Shown in pieces: positions 20,938 to 30,770 of a DNA stretch of 64,000 bases (position 1 is its first letter; each line of letters begins with the position of its first letter). This DNA is from Vampirovibrio chlorellavorus. Its GTDB lineage: Bacteria > Cyanobacteriota > Vampirovibrionia > Vampirovibrionales > Vampirovibrionaceae. The stretch covers positions 3,922 through 67,921 of the forward strand of contig LAPX01000009.1 of the NCBI GenBank assembly GCA_001858525.1, written 5' to 3'. Made by a program: the position numbers and the translations under genes. The notes beneath the pieces were generated by a model. That model was not told the DNA's origin and searched no databases. It was given only the letters and a program-made list of their open reading frames with translations.

Positions 20938-21462
20938 CTATTGCCCAGGGCTAGTCTGATTTTGCGGTTGTCGGGGCTGGTTCTTCAATTCGTCAATTTC
21001 TAGTAAAGGGGGGCCGCTGTTCACTTCCAGTTCCCCCCAGTATCCGGCCAAAAAGTAGGTGTCCCCTTGCTTGTAGAAGTAGTCAATGGCCCCGTAATCC
21101 ACGGTGCCTGAGGCTGGGTCGATATAGGGTTGAATACGACTCTGCCATTTGACTTGTTCCATATTGGGAAAGAAAATGCGGCCTCTACGGTAGCTGAACT
21201 TGGGGCTTTCTTCTTCCCCTTCCTTGCTCATGTCAAAGCCTTCTGGAATTTCACCTTCCTCATCATCCTGATCGTGTGATTCCAGCTTCACAGGGGCTTC
21301 CGGTGGGGTGTACAGCGGGTACTTCTCATTGATGGCCAACTCCAGCTGGAAATCGACAAAGCTCATGGTGGTTTTCAGGTTCAGCACAAAGCTCTCTTCC
21401 AGAACCACCGTATCAAAACCGCCCCCAAAGTCTGTGTAGTTGACCCGTTCCATCATCCGCAC
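20938..21462 (-). CDS. Hypothetical acidic protein
   Basis: ORF; a 12-nt gap to the downstream gene suggests an operon. Confidence 0.4.
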   Translation of the reverse strand: MRMMERVNYTDFGGGFDTVVLEESFVLNLKTTMSFVDFQLELAINEKYPLYTPPEAPVKLESHDQDDEEGEIPEGFDMSKEGEEESPKFSYRRGRIFFPNMEQVKWQSRIQPYIDPASGTVDYGAIDYFYKQGDTYFLAGYWGELEVNSGPPLLEIDELKNQPRQPQNQTSPGQ

Positions 21463-21555
21463 CTATATTCCGCAAAACAGTACCAATTATTATTATACGC
21501 ATTGCAGTCGGGTTATGGGGGATTCTGGAGACAAGCCGCTATGGGACTTGTGTTG

Positions 21556-22038
21556 TTAACCGTAGTACTTCAGGGTGAACTGTTTGTAGGCAATCATCCC
21601 GAAAATACCAACGGCCGGAAGGGCGTAGATGTAACTGTCCACATCGGTGGTCAGGAAGCGAGGCATAAAGCGGGAATACAATCCGCCAATGGTGTGAATG
21701 TCCTGGTATGACAACCATCCAAACAGCAGCAGGGAGATTAGACCCAGGGTAAACAATCCCAGTCCCCCGCTTTCATCTTCCATCTTTTGCCGTATTAATA
21801 CACCGGAAATAAACGTACTCAGTAACAGCAGGGTGGGAGCCATCCAGCTATCCGTGTAAAGGTTGTTTTGGGTGAAAAAGTAGACCGCCCAGTTCACCAC
21901 AATCAGGGTTAACATTGGCAGAATGGAAAAATAGATTAAGAGGAATAGTCCCTGGAAAAATGAGGCCAAAAAGCCTTTGGAAGTGTCTCTATCCGTCTGG
22001 TTGACTGCTGATTGTGACGTCCTAAACAAGCAAAGCAC
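21556..22038 (-). CDS. Hypothetical membrane protein (4 TM)
   Basis: ORF with hydrophobic segments. Confidence 0.4.
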   Translation of the reverse strand: MLCLFRTSQSAVNQTDRDTSKGFLASFFQGLFLLIYFSILPMLTLIVVNWAVYFFTQNNLYTDSWMAPTLLLLSTFISGVLIRQKMEDESGGLGLFTLGLISLLLFGWLSYQDIHTIGGLYSRFMPRFLTTDVDSYIYALPAVGIFGMIAYKQFTLKYYG

Positions 22039-22178
22039 TCCTTCGGAATAGCGGTTCTGTTGCAGGTATAATAATGGGCAAAGTGATCATAGCTGTTTTC
22101 TAAGTTCCTTTTTCGGCACTTTTTTAATCGACTTTAATTCATTTTTTCAGTTCCCTCTCTCAAGTCAGGAATCCGCTT

Positions 22179-23087
22179 ATGTTTCGTTCCGGTTTTGCCG
22201 CTCTGCTGGGTCGGCCCAATGTGGGAAAATCCACGCTGCTCAACCGTTTGGTGGGCCAAAAAATAGCCATCACCAGCCCGGTGGCCCAAACCACCCGTCA
22301 CCGCATCAAAGGCGTTGTGACTACTGAAAAAGGACAGGTCGTGTTTCTGGATACGCCGGGTTTTTCCAAGCCGCTGGATAAGCTGGGCACCTATTTGACC
22401 GATGAGAGTCTGGCCGCTTTATCGGAAGCGGATGTGTTCTTGATGGTGGTGGATGTCTCCCAGCCGCCTGGCAAAGGGGATGAGTGGGTGGCCACCCAGA
22501 TTCGGGAAACCGGCAAGTTCGTTCTCTTGGTACTGAACAAAAGCGATGTGCTGAAAAACAAGCCGGTGAAGCTGTTGGCGCATCGCAAGGCTTATAACGA
22601 GCTGTTTACCGGCTATCCCAAGATTAAAGCCTTGAGCGTTTCGGCCAAAACCGGCAAGAATATGAGCGAACTGATCGAAACCATCATCCGCAAACTGCCG
22701 GAAGGTCCTGCCTATTATCCGGAAGACGCGGTGACCGATCAGCGACTGCGGGAAATTACCGCTGAAATTATTCGGGAAAAAGTGCTGCTGAACACCCGGG
22801 AGGAGATCCCTCACAGTGTGGCGGTTGGGATTGAGAGCTTTAACGAGAGTGATCCCACCATTACCCACATTGAAGCCACGTTATACGTGGATCAAAAGTC
22901 CCAAAAAGGGATTTTGATTGGACATGCGGGCAGCATGATCAAGGAAATCGGAATCCAGGCCCGTGTGGAGATTGAAACGCTGCTGGAACAGAAAGTGCAT
23001 TTGGCCCTGAACGTGAAACTGAAGGAAAACTGGCGTAAGGATAAAATCTTCCTGAAATCCCTGGGACTGGCCCCACCAGAGCATTAG
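22179..23087 (+). CDS. era: GTPase Era
   Basis: G1 'GRPNVGKST', G3 'DTPG' and a C-terminal KH domain. Confidence 0.95.
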   Translation: MFRSGFAALLGRPNVGKSTLLNRLVGQKIAITSPVAQTTRHRIKGVVTTEKGQVVFLDTPGFSKPLDKLGTYLTDESLAALSEADVFLMVVDVSQPPGKGDEWVATQIRETGKFVLLVLNKSDVLKNKPVKLLAHRKAYNELFTGYPKIKALSVSAKTGKNMSELIETIIRKLPEGPAYYPEDAVTDQRLREITAEIIREKVLLNTREEIPHSVAVGIESFNESDPTITHIEATLYVDQKSQKGILIGHAGSMIKEIGIQARVEIETLLEQKVHLALNVKLKENWRKDKIFLKSLGLAPPEH

Positions 23088-23233
23088 GGCAGGTTTTCCC
23101 AACCGTGTTTTGATTGGCCCGCTCGTCTTTCAGTTAAAATAAACAAGTCTCGTACCGTACTTAGTGCTCTTACCGACAAACCCCAGGCATTAAATACTTT
23201 TCAGCCCCCAGGAACAGCAAAGGAACCAGCTTT

Positions 23234-24124
23234 ATGACCATTTTCCCCTCTCGATATTCTAAACGTTTTGTGGTACAGGCCTTATTGCTGGCGGGTTTGC
23301 TTGCAGGAATCGCTACGCCTTGGGCTTTGGCACAAAACTTACCGGGACAACCCACCGTGGCCCCGGCCATCAAAGCCGGTGGCATCATGGCTCTGGATTT
23401 ACCAGACAGTAGCGCTCAATCGGTTTCTCTGGACATTGTTAAAGGCCGCTTTTCGGATTATTCGGTGGGGCGCATTGTCCTGACCGGTTCCGGCATTGAC
23501 TTTCGCAACGGGACCTTACAGGGGCTAAAAGCCAACATTCTGGAAGGGGATTTTGATAACCTCTTGGTCGACAAACTATCGCTGGTCACACCGGCCTTTT
23601 CCTTTGACACCATGCAGTTGTTGAACAATCGGGCCTTTGTCTTGTCCCAGCCCGTTACCGCCCAAGTCAGTCTGGCCATTACAGAAGCCGGGATCAACCG
23701 CTTTTTGGCCAACCCCAAGACCTTGGGGAAAATTGAAAAATCCCTGCAAAAGCAAACCGGCGGCCTCAAGCTGATTACCTTCTCCAACCCCAGTTTCAGT
23801 TTGCTGGGTGGTAATAAGGTCAAACTGAACTTAACCGGCATAGTGGCCCAAGGGTTGGCTGTGCCGCTGGAAATGACCGGCAAGCTGGCCCTGCAAGACG
23901 GGCAACTCAGCTTGCAAAACTTGCAAATGGCCTCGGGGGGGAATGACTTGAACCTGCCCATGGATGTCTCTAAAACCTTTCAGGACAAAATCAACGAACT
24001 GATTGACCTGAAGCGTCTGGGAAAAAACAGCATGGTCATTTACGCCGATAGCATGAAGGTCAGTGGCAAAACCCTGAATATTGAAGGCCACGCCACCCTG
24101 ACCAAGCTGCAATTTGGGGCTTAA
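23234..24124 (+). CDS. Secreted protein, DUF2993/LmeA-like (tentative)
   Basis: N-terminal signal peptide and a beta-rich repetitive pattern; weak family resemblance only. Confidence 0.35.
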   Translation: MTIFPSRYSKRFVVQALLLAGLLAGIATPWALAQNLPGQPTVAPAIKAGGIMALDLPDSSAQSVSLDIVKGRFSDYSVGRIVLTGSGIDFRNGTLQGLKANILEGDFDNLLVDKLSLVTPAFSFDTMQLLNNRAFVLSQPVTAQVSLAITEAGINRFLANPKTLGKIEKSLQKQTGGLKLITFSNPSFSLLGGNKVKLNLTGIVAQGLAVPLEMTGKLALQDGQLSLQNLQMASGGNDLNLPMDVSKTFQDKINELIDLKRLGKNSMVIYADSMKVSGKTLNIEGHATLTKLQFGA

Positions 24125-24217
24125 TGAATACAATTCAAGGTGAGGTTACCATTACAAACGCCTTGTACCGGTAGTCTCACCCTAATTCTATAACTATTAC
24201 CAGTCCTCTAAAAAGTA

Positions 24218-24254
24218 CCCCCGCCAACCGAAGTTGACGGGGGCTTTTTTATGG
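24218..24254. terminator. Bidirectional rho-independent terminator
   Basis: Hairpin CCCCCGCCAACCGAAGTTGACGGGGG followed by CTTTTTTAT, with AAAAAG on the other side. It lies between convergent genes. Confidence 0.6.
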
Positions 24255-24267
24255 GCTGATGCGCTGG

Positions 24268-24390
24268 CTATTTGCAGCAGTCAGCGCCGGAACCACAGCA
24301 GGGTCCTGGGCAGCAGCCACTGTTTGCCAAGGCAGCCGCTCCGCCAAAGACGGTGGCCAGCACAATGAGGGTTGCGAATAATTTTTTCAT
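24268..24390 (-). CDS. 40-aa secreted cysteine-rich peptide (signal peptide plus an 18-aa core NSGCCPGPCCGSGADCCK), absent from the ORF track
   Basis: Reverse translation reads MKKLFATLIVLATVFGGAAALANSGCCPGPCCGSGADCCK-stop. AGGAG sits 7 nt upstream of the ATG and the terminator is immediately downstream. Confidence 0.55.
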   Translation of the reverse strand: MKKLFATLIVLATVFGGAAALANSGCCPGPCCGSGADCCK

Positions 24391-24505
24391 AATCGATACT
24401 CCTGAATAGTAATACTGTACTTTTAACGGGTGATCGTTGACAGTCTGCTAAGACTGAAAACGGACACCGGGCTCATTTTCTCCACCGTAAAAAGAGCCCC
24501 GCTTG

Positions 24506-24847
24506 TTAGTTCAGGAGTACACGCAGTTCCAGGTGTCGATTGGACTGATCTGGAATGAACGCCAGATCAGTTCGAGATTGCCCCAAAACGGGCTGCAGGC
24601 CAAGCAGTGCTTGATAATCAAAAGCTACACCCGAAAGGGCCAAATCCGGCAGGGGGCCACTAAAACCCGTCTGATCCAGTTGCGCTTGGGTGGCGGGTTG
24701 CACCACGCAACAAGCCGGCAACTCCTTTTGGACCGCATGCCCCCGACCTTGTTGACAACAGGCGTGAGAGGGTCCGGTAAACAGGCAAAGCGAGGTCAGC
24801 CAAGCGGCTAACGCGACGAAAATGACCAAAAACCGGTTTGATTTCAT
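24506..24847 (-). CDS. Secreted hypothetical protein with two CC doublets (start probably 'MKSNRF...')
   Basis: Signal peptide 'MKSNRFLVIFVALAAWLTSLCLF', then 'ACCQQG' and 'ACCVVQ'. Confidence 0.45.
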   Translation of the reverse strand: MKSNRFLVIFVALAAWLTSLCLFTGPSHACCQQGRGHAVQKELPACCVVQPATQAQLDQTGFSGPLPDLALSGVAFDYQALLGLQPVLGQSRTDLAFIPDQSNRHLELRVLLN

Positions 24848-24939
24848 GTACGATCTCAAGCTGCTAATTTCAGGTTAGCACTTTTCATCAAGACTTGCCA
24901 CAGACTGAAAAGTTTCCTGGGCACGCTGGCAAGAAAGGG

Positions 24940-25875
24940 CTACTTCAGCGATGGGCTCTTGATATCCACCAGGCTGCACCAGTGGCTGTACTTGGGCACT
25001 TTGTTGCGCACCACATCATAGTACAGATCCTGAAGGCGCTGGGTAATGGTGCCAATCTTGCCATCTCCCACCGGGCGATGCTCGATCATGGTCACTGGGG
25101 CAACTTGAGCAGCTGTACCCGTGAAGAAGATCTCCTCGGCCCGGTATAACTCAGTGCGATCCACCACCCGTTCTTCCACCACCAAGCCCAGTTCCTCCCG
25201 GGCCAAGGTCATGATGCTGTCACGGGTGACCCCTTCCAGAATGTTCTCGGTGGAAGGGGGGGTCACCAGCTTGCCTTTGCGCACCAGAAAGACGTTCATG
25301 GCGCTGCCTTCAGAGACATGCCCTTCATTGGTCAGGGAAATAACCTCATCAAAGCCCTTGCGCTTGGCATCGGTAATCATGATGGCGGTGTTCATGTAAG
25401 CCCCGCTGGCCTTGGCCGCAGGTGGAATGGCGTTGTCATCCACCCGGCGCCAGGCCGATACGCAGACGTGCAAGCCATCCCGGGTGTTAACATAGTCGCC
25501 CAGTGGCTGGGTCCAGGCACAGTAGTCGGTTTTCACTTTGTCCAGGAAAGGGCCAATGCTGGAGCCGGACTTATAGATGGTAAAGCGAATGTAGAAATCC
25601 TGTTGATGGGCATTTTTACGGGCCAATTCCTCCGTCATGGCCATCAGCTGCTCCAGGGAAGCTTCCGGGGTCATGTAGAAAATGCGGCTATTGGCCAAAA
25701 TGCGCTCGTAATGCTCTTTCATGCGAAAAATAGAGACTTGGCCGGTTTCCGGCAGCCAGTAGCCGCGGATGCCTTCAAATAGAGCCGTGCCATACAGGAA
25801 GGAATGGTTTTTAATGCCCAGATTGGCTTGCTCGGTGGGGATAAACTGCCCTTCAAAAAAAGAAATGTCACTCAT
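24940..25875 (-). CDS. ilvE: Branched-chain amino acid aminotransferase (class IV)
   Basis: IlvE pattern throughout (GTALFEG.RGY, 'E.GLVVEER'). Confidence 0.9.
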   Translation of the reverse strand: MSDISFFEGQFIPTEQANLGIKNHSFLYGTALFEGIRGYWLPETGQVSIFRMKEHYERILANSRIFYMTPEASLEQLMAMTEELARKNAHQQDFYIRFTIYKSGSSIGPFLDKVKTDYCAWTQPLGDYVNTRDGLHVCVSAWRRVDDNAIPPAAKASGAYMNTAIMITDAKRKGFDEVISLTNEGHVSEGSAMNVFLVRKGKLVTPPSTENILEGVTRDSIMTLAREELGLVVEERVVDRTELYRAEEIFFTGTAAQVAPVTMIEHRPVGDGKIGTITQRLQDLYYDVVRNKVPKYSHWCSLVDIKSPSLK

Positions 25876-26044
25876 GTTTACTGCTTTCCATGCTTGCGGT
25901 TTGAGTCAGACTCACTGGTTATGAACATACCACAAAGGCACAGGGATTGACCGCTCAGCGCCAGTCCTCAGGCCGGTGCAGAATCGACACAGAGTAAGTC
26001 CACTACCCACCTGCCCAATCGCTATTGACTCAAAATATCAAACG

Positions 26045-26455
26045 TTACTGAAGCAGCAGTTTCCCATTCTCCTGAGGGTAGGCCTTCACCGAAATCAGGC
26101 AGATTTCATTCAACAGGCTTCGGTAGGCCATCCGTTGAAGATTGCCGCAGGAATCCCGGGTGCTGGGCGGCGTTTCTTTCAAATGGATTTCCAGTATCGT
26201 ACCGGGGTCTAAATCCAGCATGCCAAAGGAACGTACTTCAATGCCGTCCAATATTTCGCCAATGGAACGGGTGTTCAGCTTTAGCCGATCTCGTTCTGCC
26301 CAGGCGCCCAGCAGATTATCACTAAAATCATCTTCATAAATCAGCAGAATGGTTTCATAGTCCCGGGCCGCTTCTACCAATCGACGAGTCGAATATCCCA
26401 AGGTATCCGACACAATAATCTCTGGTTTGGTGCTGGCTTCCAGTAAGCGCTCCAT
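26045..26455 (-). CDS. Hypothetical protein downstream of the ERF recombinase
   Basis: ORF; no domain recognised. Confidence 0.4.
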   Translation of the reverse strand: MERLLEASTKPEIIVSDTLGYSTRRLVEAARDYETILLIYEDDFSDNLLGAWAERDRLKLNTRSIGEILDGIEVRSFGMLDLDPGTILEIHLKETPPSTRDSCGNLQRMAYRSLLNEICLISVKAYPQENGKLLLQ

Positions 26456-26683
26456 AAAATAGTCTCGCTATATGACTTGATGGCATAAGCTCGGAACTGG
26501 ATAGTTCTGTTATCAATGAGGCGGATACAGTCGCTGAGGTCTATAAAACCACATCATTGCAATGCGTCACAAAAAATCTTTTAAAAGCCAGTTCCGTCAT
26601 ATTGAAGCTATTAGATGTCCTAGGGAGTGAAATGTTCCGGAATGGACTGTATTTTCTAAATCATTTTAAGCATTAGTTAGGGC

Positions 26684-27448
26684 TTAAGACTTAGGAAGGG
26701 CTTTTAAATGAAATTTCAGTTTTTGATAGGCGCTCTCCAAATCCTCTAGGCGTCCTGCTTCCGCCAGCGCTTTTATAGAAGGGATTTCTGCCCACTGCAA
26801 CACTTCTTCGTTACTTAACTGGTGTTCCCGTTGCAAAGCCAGAATTTGGTTGGCTTTGCTCAGCGCTTGGCCCCGGAGATCGGCATCATCACCCATGTTC
26901 TCGCTGACGGGTTCTCTGGCCTTGGTGGCCGCTGTCACTTGGCGTTCGTCTGCCGGTCGCCCTTTGCCTTCGGGAAGTGCCCTTTGCGCGGATGGCTGGG
27001 CTTTGCTTCCAGTGACAACCGGGTGACTGTCCTCTCGTTCCGGATCGTCTTCGGTGGCAATGCCAAAAAACTTCAGGTAGAAGTATTTGTTGGCCCCCGT
27101 GGTGGCCTTGTAAATAGCTTTATCAAAAGCGTCTTCGGCATAGCCGGTAAATTGGGAATCAATGACCTCGCCGGTTTCGGCATCCACCACCCGAAAGAGC
27201 AGGGTGACCGAGGCCCAGTTTTTCCCATCGGCTTTGGTGCCTATCGATTGTTCCAGGGTGGTTGGCAATACCATCAGGCCGTGGTCGTTAAGAATTTGCT
27301 TGACCGTTAAAATATCGGCTTCTGTGGCGTAGTGGTATTTGTGAAAAGCATTAAATCCCCGCTTGGGAACTGATTCGATGGCTTTTTGCACCGTTAGAAT
27401 CTTGGCGTATAGGCCGTGAGGTTTTGATTTTGTAGTGCTGGCGCTCAT
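26684..27448 (-). CDS. erf: ERF-family single-strand annealing recombinase (phage Erf-like)
   Basis: 'KAIESVPKRGFNAFHKYHYATEADIL..VKQIL...GL' and 'GYAEDAFDKAIYKATTGANKYFYLKFFGIATEDD' parallel the phage P22 Erf core. Confidence 0.8.
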   Translation of the reverse strand: MSASTTKSKPHGLYAKILTVQKAIESVPKRGFNAFHKYHYATEADILTVKQILNDHGLMVLPTTLEQSIGTKADGKNWASVTLLFRVVDAETGEVIDSQFTGYAEDAFDKAIYKATTGANKYFYLKFFGIATEDDPEREDSHPVVTGSKAQPSAQRALPEGKGRPADERQVTAATKAREPVSENMGDDADLRGQALSKANQILALQREHQLSNEEVLQWAEIPSIKALAEAGRLEDLESAYQKLKFHLKALPKS

Positions 27449-28170
27449 AATGGAAGGATCCCCCGATTTTTACAAGACAAACCTGGCGCCCAGCATAAGC
27501 TGAAGGCTGAAAGCACAGCATCCGCCTTGTATGGATTGGAGGTTCAATGTCGTGTGAGCGGAATAAATGTTCCAACTGGTAACTCAGCGGGATATAAAGA
27601 ACGCTGATGCCAGACCCCTCAAGTGTTGATTTCCAGAGAACTCGGGAAATACAAGCCTTTAAAGTTTAGAGGAAAAACAGGTAGAAGAAATCAGAAACAG
27701 CACCGCGAATCCGGGTGATTTCTCGCTGGAAACGAAAAACAGAGCGGGTTTTGGTGATCTGTTTGACCTGTTGGAGCAAGTTTGTCTGTGCCACTGTGCC
27801 ATCCTGTCGTGTGCTTATATACTCTAACTACCGTCAATTTAAAAAAGTGCTTAACTTAAACCATTAAGCAAAAACCAAAGTGGCTTTGAATTTAACCAAT
27901 CCCAATATCTAGAGCGGCGAAATTCGATCTGATTAGCGAGCAGTAACAAAAAAGTTAAAAATTGATTTTAGGCCGTCTTGTACTTTAATGTGCTCAAGTC
28001 GCTCAAACAATTGCCTTACTGGTTCATTATATATAACCTATCGGCAAAAATAAACGTTCCTGAAGGGTTTGAGGTTAAAGAATTTGTAAAGATCCTCCTT
28101 TTGATTGACGCTTTCGGGCTATCTTTTGGATTCCAGATCCTGGATGATCGGTGTTCGTTGTTGATACTTA

Positions 28171-29415
28171 TTGGGAATACAGGCTTTGTCTTACCGGGTA
28201 TTGTTCATTTGTCATGATGGCGATTTATACGGCTCTCAACGCAGTCTGAATCTAATGGTGGCTAATCTTCCGCCGTCGGAGTACCAGTGCCTGGTGTCTT
28301 TGGCCAGAACCGGCCCGTTGGCCCAGTTGTTGATGCAGTACCCCCATGTTCGGGTGCTGACTCACAAACGCCTGCAATGGGTCAAGCACGACCCCCGTAA
28401 CCTGTGGCAACGAATGGGGGACTGCCTGTCTTTGGCGGTTGCTGTCATTCCCAGAACCTGGTATTTGATCAATACCATCCGCCAGGAAAAAATAAACCTG
28501 GTGCATACTAATGTTACAGTTTCTTTGGAAGGGGCCTTGGCAGCTGCCGTAACCCGGCTTCCCCACGTTTGGCACATTCGGGAACTGTTCATGGAAAAAA
28601 GCCCCAAATTCCACATGGTGCTGGGGCGTCGTTTCAGTCGGTGGATCATTGACCGTTTCTCCGATCAGGTCATTTGTATCTCACAAGCAGTCCGGGCGCA
28701 GTTTGGCCCTTACCTGGCCCAGGACCCGGACAAATACCCCTTAATCTACAACGCCCTGCCCCTCAATCATTTGCCACCACTCTTGCTGTGGAACGATCCC
28801 CAGCGGATTATCCTGAAGGCCCTGGCTTTGGCTTCATTATCCTTGCCGGAAGGTCCCTGCTTTCGGGTGGGTTACATTGGGCGACTGTCGGAAGGAAAAG
28901 GGTTTCATGAGCTGCTGGAGGCCTTTATTGTGCTGAAGGCCCGCAATATGCCGGTGGAATTGCTGGTGGCCGGTAGTTTTGTGGATGCTGCCTATCAGCA
29001 GCGAATTCTTGATCGGGTGGCCGAGTGCGGCTGGCAGGGTTCGATTCATTTTTTGGGACAGCAAGCGGACTTGACCCCTTTGTATGAGGCTATTGACCTC
29101 TTGGTGATCCCGTCCGCCAATGAGCCTTTTGGCCGGGTGGTCATTGAAGCTATGGCCCAGGGCATTCCCTGCATTGGGTCCAACGCCGGGGGGATTCCGG
29201 AAATCATCACCGCCGATGAAACGGGCTGGTTATATCCGCCGGGCCAGGTGGAAGCGCTGGCCGAATTGATGGCGGACTTGAGCAGAAGCTTGTGGAAACT
29301 GGAAACAATTCGTCAAAACGCTAGACGGATGGTTTATGAACGGTTTAACATTGAAACTCAAATCAGGATGTTGCGAGCATGTTATCAGTCGGCGATGATG
29401 CGTCATCAGTTTTAA
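28171..29415 (+). CDS. Glycosyltransferase family 1 (GT4)
   Basis: C-terminal 'EGKGF..L..A' and 'PS..EPFGRVVIEAMA.G.P' EX7E region. Position 28171 is TTG; the true start is uncertain. Confidence 0.8.
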   Translation: MGIQALSYRVLFICHDGDLYGSQRSLNLMVANLPPSEYQCLVSLARTGPLAQLLMQYPHVRVLTHKRLQWVKHDPRNLWQRMGDCLSLAVAVIPRTWYLINTIRQEKINLVHTNVTVSLEGALAAAVTRLPHVWHIRELFMEKSPKFHMVLGRRFSRWIIDRFSDQVICISQAVRAQFGPYLAQDPDKYPLIYNALPLNHLPPLLLWNDPQRIILKALALASLSLPEGPCFRVGYIGRLSEGKGFHELLEAFIVLKARNMPVELLVAGSFVDAAYQQRILDRVAECGWQGSIHFLGQQADLTPLYEAIDLLVIPSANEPFGRVVIEAMAQGIPCIGSNAGGIPEIITADETGWLYPPGQVEALAELMADLSRSLWKLETIRQNARRMVYERFNIETQIRMLRACYQSAMMRHQF

Positions 29416-30722
29416 CCCCCTCTGCCCGTCAAAAAATACGGGTGGGTATGGTGCTGGATCAACCCTTCCCCCCGGATGCCCGAGTGGAGCGGGAAGCCAT
29501 GGCCTTGGTGGCTGCTGGGTTTGAAGTGCATTTGTTGTGCGCGGTCCATCCAGACGACTTGAATACGACGGGGCGCTTGCGGGATGAAGCCTATGAGGGG
29601 TTTTATATCCACCGGGTCAACCCCAAGGAAGTGAGCATTGAGATTCCGCTGGTGAAAAAGCCTTCCCGCTTTTTGTACAAGGGCGCTTTGAAAAATTACT
29701 TCCACCACTTTAAAAACATCGATACCGCCTGGCACACCCTTATTCACCGCTTTTGCAAGAACTACAATATCCAGATCCTGCACATTCACGATTTACGTCT
29801 GGTGGATACCGGGCTGAGCGTGTCCGCTCGCTATGGTCTGCCTCTGGTGGCCGATTTACACGAAAATTATCCGGCCCTGATGCAGATGATGAAGGGTCGC
29901 CACAATGCGGAGCATGGCCTGAAGCAGCGACAACGCTGGGAGGAAATTGAACTCAATTCCATTCAACGGGCCACCCACGTCATTACCGTGACTCAGGAGG
30001 CCAAAGATCGTTTGCTGGCCAAAGGCTTGCCGGATTCCAAGGTGCTGGTCGTAGAAAATACGGTGGATACTGAGAAATTTTTGGCCGCTTCGGTCAATCA
30101 GGATGTTATTCGCCACTTTAAACCCAATTTTGTGCTCACTTATGTTGGGCATTTAAACGACACTCACCGGGGGATTCAAACGGTCATTGAGGCCATGGGT
30201 CTGCTGAAAGAAGAAATCCCCGAGTTGCGATTTATTGGGGCCGGGGCCATGCGGGAACCCTATTACCAAAAGCTGGAACCGCTGATTCAGCAGTATGGCC
30301 TGCAGGATCGGGTGCATTTTACCGGCTGGCTGGATGAAACCGACTTTGTGACTTACATTGAGGCCAGTGATATCTGCCTGTGTCCGCACTTGGTGAACGA
30401 TCACACCAATGCCACTTTTCCGAATAAAGTGTATTTGTATCATTTATTCAAAAAGCCCATTATTACGAGCAATGCCGTTCCTTTACAGCGTTATATAGAG
30501 AGTACCGGTGGCGGACTGGTCTTTCAGTCAGGCGATGCCCAGATGCTGGCCGAGCTGATTCGTCTGCTGTACAGCCGTTCGGATGTACGTCGGGAAATGG
30601 CCTTGCGAGGATTCCAGGCGGTCATGGAGCACTACAACTGGCAACAATCGGCCCGCCAATTCACGGAACTTTACCAGCAACTATCCAATGGCCTGCGACC
30701 CGCCATAGCCTCCCACGGATAG
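29379..30722 (+). CDS. Glycosyltransferase family 1 (GT4-like), long form
   Basis: GT-B fold pattern; overlaps the upstream glycosyltransferase end, so the start is uncertain. Confidence 0.65.
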   Translation: MLSVGDDASSVLTPSARQKIRVGMVLDQPFPPDARVEREAMALVAAGFEVHLLCAVHPDDLNTTGRLRDEAYEGFYIHRVNPKEVSIEIPLVKKPSRFLYKGALKNYFHHFKNIDTAWHTLIHRFCKNYNIQILHIHDLRLVDTGLSVSARYGLPLVADLHENYPALMQMMKGRHNAEHGLKQRQRWEEIELNSIQRATHVITVTQEAKDRLLAKGLPDSKVLVVENTVDTEKFLAASVNQDVIRHFKPNFVLTYVGHLNDTHRGIQTVIEAMGLLKEEIPELRFIGAGAMREPYYQKLEPLIQQYGLQDRVHFTGWLDETDFVTYIEASDICLCPHLVNDHTNATFPNKVYLYHLFKKPIITSNAVPLQRYIESTGGGLVFQSGDAQMLAELIRLLYSRSDVRREMALRGFQAVMEHYNWQQSARQFTELYQQLSNGLRPAIASHG

Positions 30723-30770
30723 GCAATTTCCGCAGCCCCAATGCCCTTTTGAGATGGAAAACAACGCATC

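Noticed and set aside
27978-28217. 79-aa plus-strand ORF in the AT-rich spacer before the glycosyltransferase
   Set aside because: No RBS and low-complexity hydrophobic translation typical of AT-rich DNA. It overlaps the probable glycosyltransferase start.
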